Source: Chloroflexota bacterium
Lineage (GTDB): Bacteria; Chloroflexota; Dehalococcoidia; Lucifugimonadales; JACPQL01
Reading direction: 5' to 3'
DNA length: 64,000 bases
Assembly (NCBI GenBank): GCA_016190445.1
Contig: JACPQL010000051.1
Location: forward strand, 38,505 to 102,504
A model generated the notes under the pieces. That model searched no databases, had not been told where the DNA came from, and saw only the letters and a program-made list of their open reading frames with translations. Position 1 is the stretch's first letter. Each line of letters starts with the position of its first letter. Positions 62,125 through 64,000 of this stretch are shown piece by piece. The position numbers were made by a program, and so were the translations under genes.

Positions 62125-63366
62125 TTGAGAAGACTGCCGCTGGAAGGTATCAGAGTCCTGGACGCCACCCACTTCTGGGCCGGCCCATCCGCCACGGGCA
62201 TCCTGGGAGACCTGGGCGCCCAGGTGGTCAAGGTTGAGTCCATCCAGCGATACGATGCGGGCCGCACCCTCCAGGTTGACCTCTCCCAGGAGAAGGGGTA
62301 TGAACGAGCCCCCGCCTTCCAGGCGTTCAACCGCAACAAGCTGGGGGTGACCCTGAACCTGGGAGACGAGCGCGGCGTCCGGGCCTTTCGCGCTCTGGCC
62401 CGCGTCTCTGACCTGGTGATGGAGAACTTCAGCGCCGGCGTCATGGACCGCCTGGGGGTAGGCTATCAGGCACTGCGCCGGGAGAACCCCACGCTGGTCA
62501 TGATATCCATGTCCGGCTACGGCGCCACTGGCCCCTGGCGGAGCTATGTGGCCTTCGCCACCCCCATAGCCCAGGTGTCGGGCATCGCCCACCTCACCGG
62601 CTATCAGGGCGGCCCGCCACTGAGCAGGTTCAGCGCCTCGGGAGTGGACCCCATAGTCGGGCTTTTCGGGGCCATGGCAGCACTGGTCGCCCTCCATCAG
62701 CGGCGGCGCACTGGTCGCGGCTTTTACCTGGACTTCAGCCAGCACGAGGCCATCGTCAGCCTCATGGGCACACCCCTTATGGACTATGTGCTGAACGGGC
62801 GGAACCAGGCCCGACAAGGGGACCGCAACCCGGTGGCGGCCCCCCACGGCTGCTATCCCAGCCGGGGCGAGGACCGCTGGGTGAGCATAGCTGTCTTCAA
62901 CGACGACCAGTGGGAGCGCCTCTGTCATGCCCTGGAAAACCCGGAGTGGTGCAGGGATAGGCGCTTCGCCGACGCCGTGGGCCGCCACCGGCATCAGGAC
63001 GACTTGGACCAGCACATCACCAGGTGGACCTCCCAGCGGGACGCCCAGGAGACGGCCCGGCTGCTCCAGGAGGCGGGGGTCCCCGCCAGCCCTGTCCGCA
63101 ACTGCCGGGAGGTGCTGGATGACTCTCACCTGGAAGCGAGAGAGTTCTTTCTGGAGATGGACCATCCGGTGGCGGGCCGCCACAGGCAGCCTCGCCACCC
63201 TGTCCTCTACTCCAAAACTCAGCCACCACCGCCACGGCCAGCCCCCCTTCTGGGAGAGCACAACCAGGCCATCCTGAGTGGTCTGTTGGGCCTGAGTCGA
63301 GAGACCCTAGAGGAGCTGGAGCAGGACCAGGTAATCGGGACCGTCCCATTGCGGACCAAGGTGTAG
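62125..63366 (+). CDS. Family III CoA-transferase, copy 4
   Basis: TTG start after AGGAGG. LEGIRVLDATHFWAGPSATGILGDLGAQVVKVESIQRYD. 413 aa. Confidence 0.9.
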   Translation: MRRLPLEGIRVLDATHFWAGPSATGILGDLGAQVVKVESIQRYDAGRTLQVDLSQEKGYERAPAFQAFNRNKLGVTLNLGDERGVRAFRALARVSDLVMENFSAGVMDRLGVGYQALRRENPTLVMISMSGYGATGPWRSYVAFATPIAQVSGIAHLTGYQGGPPLSRFSASGVDPIVGLFGAMAALVALHQRRRTGRGFYLDFSQHEAIVSLMGTPLMDYVLNGRNQARQGDRNPVAAPHGCYPSRGEDRWVSIAVFNDDQWERLCHALENPEWCRDRRFADAVGRHRHQDDLDQHITRWTSQRDAQETARLLQEAGVPASPVRNCREVLDDSHLEAREFFLEMDHPVAGRHRQPRHPVLYSKTQPPPPRPAPLLGEHNQAILSGLLGLSRETLEELEQDQVIGTVPLRTKV

Positions 63367-63411
63367 TCCCCTCAGAGTCTTTCAAAGTTGTGGATTCGAC
63401 CCCCATCCTGA

Positions 63412-63468
63412 CCTTCCCCCGCAAGCGGGGGAAGGGACATATCCTCTCCCCCGTTGCACGGGGGAGAG
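63412..63468. repeat. REP-like GC-rich hairpin pair
   Basis: ccttcccccgc-aa-gcgggggaagg (63412..63435) and ctctcccccg-ttgca-cgggggagag (63444..63468). The CTCTCCC...GGGAGAG style matches 37474..37502. Confidence 0.7.
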
Positions 63469-63558
63469 TCCGAGAAGGGGCAAGAGCTGAAAGATCCCAG
63501 TAGTCCACACCCTTGCTTGCGGAGCTAGCGGCGCCCTGCTACAGTACAGGCAGGGTCA

Positions 63559-63650
63559 GGAGGGATCGCATAGTGGCCTAGTGCGCCCGCCTGCTAAGCG
63601 GGTTGGGGGCGATAGTCCCCTCACGGGTTCGAATCCCGTTCCCTCCGCCA
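63559..63650 (+). tRNA. tRNA-Ser (anticodon GCU), class II with long variable arm, CCA encoded
   Basis: Acceptor stem GGAGGGA/TCCCTCC. 3-bp D stem GCA/TGC with a GG-containing loop. Anticodon stem CCCGC/GCGGG with loop CUGCUAA. Variable arm GGGGG..CCCCU. T arm ACGGG-TTCGAAT-CCCGT. Discriminator G plus CCA. Confidence 0.9.
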
Positions 63651-63754
63651 CCTCTTTCATCTCACATCGCACCGCCACGGCCCAGCCGCATCAGCCAATT
63701 GGCGCCTCACTCTGTCCCGCCAGAGGCAGGCTACTTGGCCTGGTCTTCCGGCCA

Positions 63755-64000
63755 TCACCGAGCGGTAACATCTATGAAGGTGCGGGCCGTATAAAGCCTC
63801 TTGCCCGTGACCCAGTGGAAGAAGTCGAAGGCGACGGGGAACCGGCCGGGCTCCGTGGGCCTGATGAGCGCATCGCCGCGCATGGCTGCGGTGATACGGA
63901 TAGGCTCGCCCGCGGGAAGATTGATGGGGCGCGAATACTTCCCTGCGGGGGGCACCCCCCGGGGATAGCCGTCCACGGCGATGAGCTGGAGTGGCAGCCC
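63755..64000 (-). CDS. 3' end of a hypothetical protein (partial, open to the window edge)
   Basis: The reverse frame stays open from the window edge to the stop at 63755 (...LQLIAVDGYPRGVPPAGKYSRPINLPAGEPIRITAAMRGDALIRPTEPGRFPVAFDFFHWVTGKRLYTARTFIDVTAR). I recognise no confident family. Confidence 0.35.
   Translation of the reverse strand, partial: GLPLQLIAVDGYPRGVPPAGKYSRPINLPAGEPIRITAAMRGDALIRPTEPGRFPVAFDFFHWVTGKRLYTARTFIDVTAR

Noticed and set aside
28765-63650. tRNA-Ser-flanked genomic island covering the catabolic/SBP region
   Set aside because: There is no integrase, transposase or phage gene, and no direct repeat of the tRNA 3' end elsewhere in the window. Housekeeping respiratory genes (the cox operon) lie inside the interval.

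Overview
GC-rich bacterial chromosomal window, densely coded, with many 4-bp start/stop overlaps (GTGA/ATGA). The gene style (Pro/Thr-rich linkers, giant CARDB/Ig-like surface proteins, several family-III CoA-transferases) resembles Chloroflexota-type monoderms, but I cannot verify the taxon here. Layout: (1) 0.1-17.4 kb, minus strand: a cell-surface island with three giant secreted proteins, a GT-C-like membrane glycosyltransferase and a sugar-phosphate nucleotidyltransferase. (2) An Lrp/AsnC regulator. (3) 18.6-24.2 kb: a cytochrome c maturation cluster, ccmH-ccmF, two unknown genes, ccdA, thioredoxin. (4) 24.3-28.7 kb: a quinone cluster with an HTH-MenA-like fusion, ubiE, a CrtI-like flavoprotein and a second MenA-like gene. 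(5) A pair of family-III CoA-transferases and an MFS transporter. (6) A PAS-LuxR regulator followed by a cytochrome c oxidase operon in the order II-I-IV-III. (7) An HpcH/HpaI aldolase and a D-2-hydroxyacid dehydrogenase. (8) 39.9-59.5 kb, the most striking part: nine tandem paralogous family-5 solute-binding lipoproteins, each with a roughly 60-aa Pro/Thr tether. They surround a single ABC permease pair with no ATPase gene. The array is cut into units by sigma70-like promoters and hairpin terminators, and runs directly into an acyl-CoA dehydrogenase and two more CoA-transferases. (9) REP-like GC-rich palindromes and tRNA-Ser(GCU). I found no CRISPR array, integrase, transposase or rRNA. The many long antisense ORFs in the track are GC-driven shadow frames.
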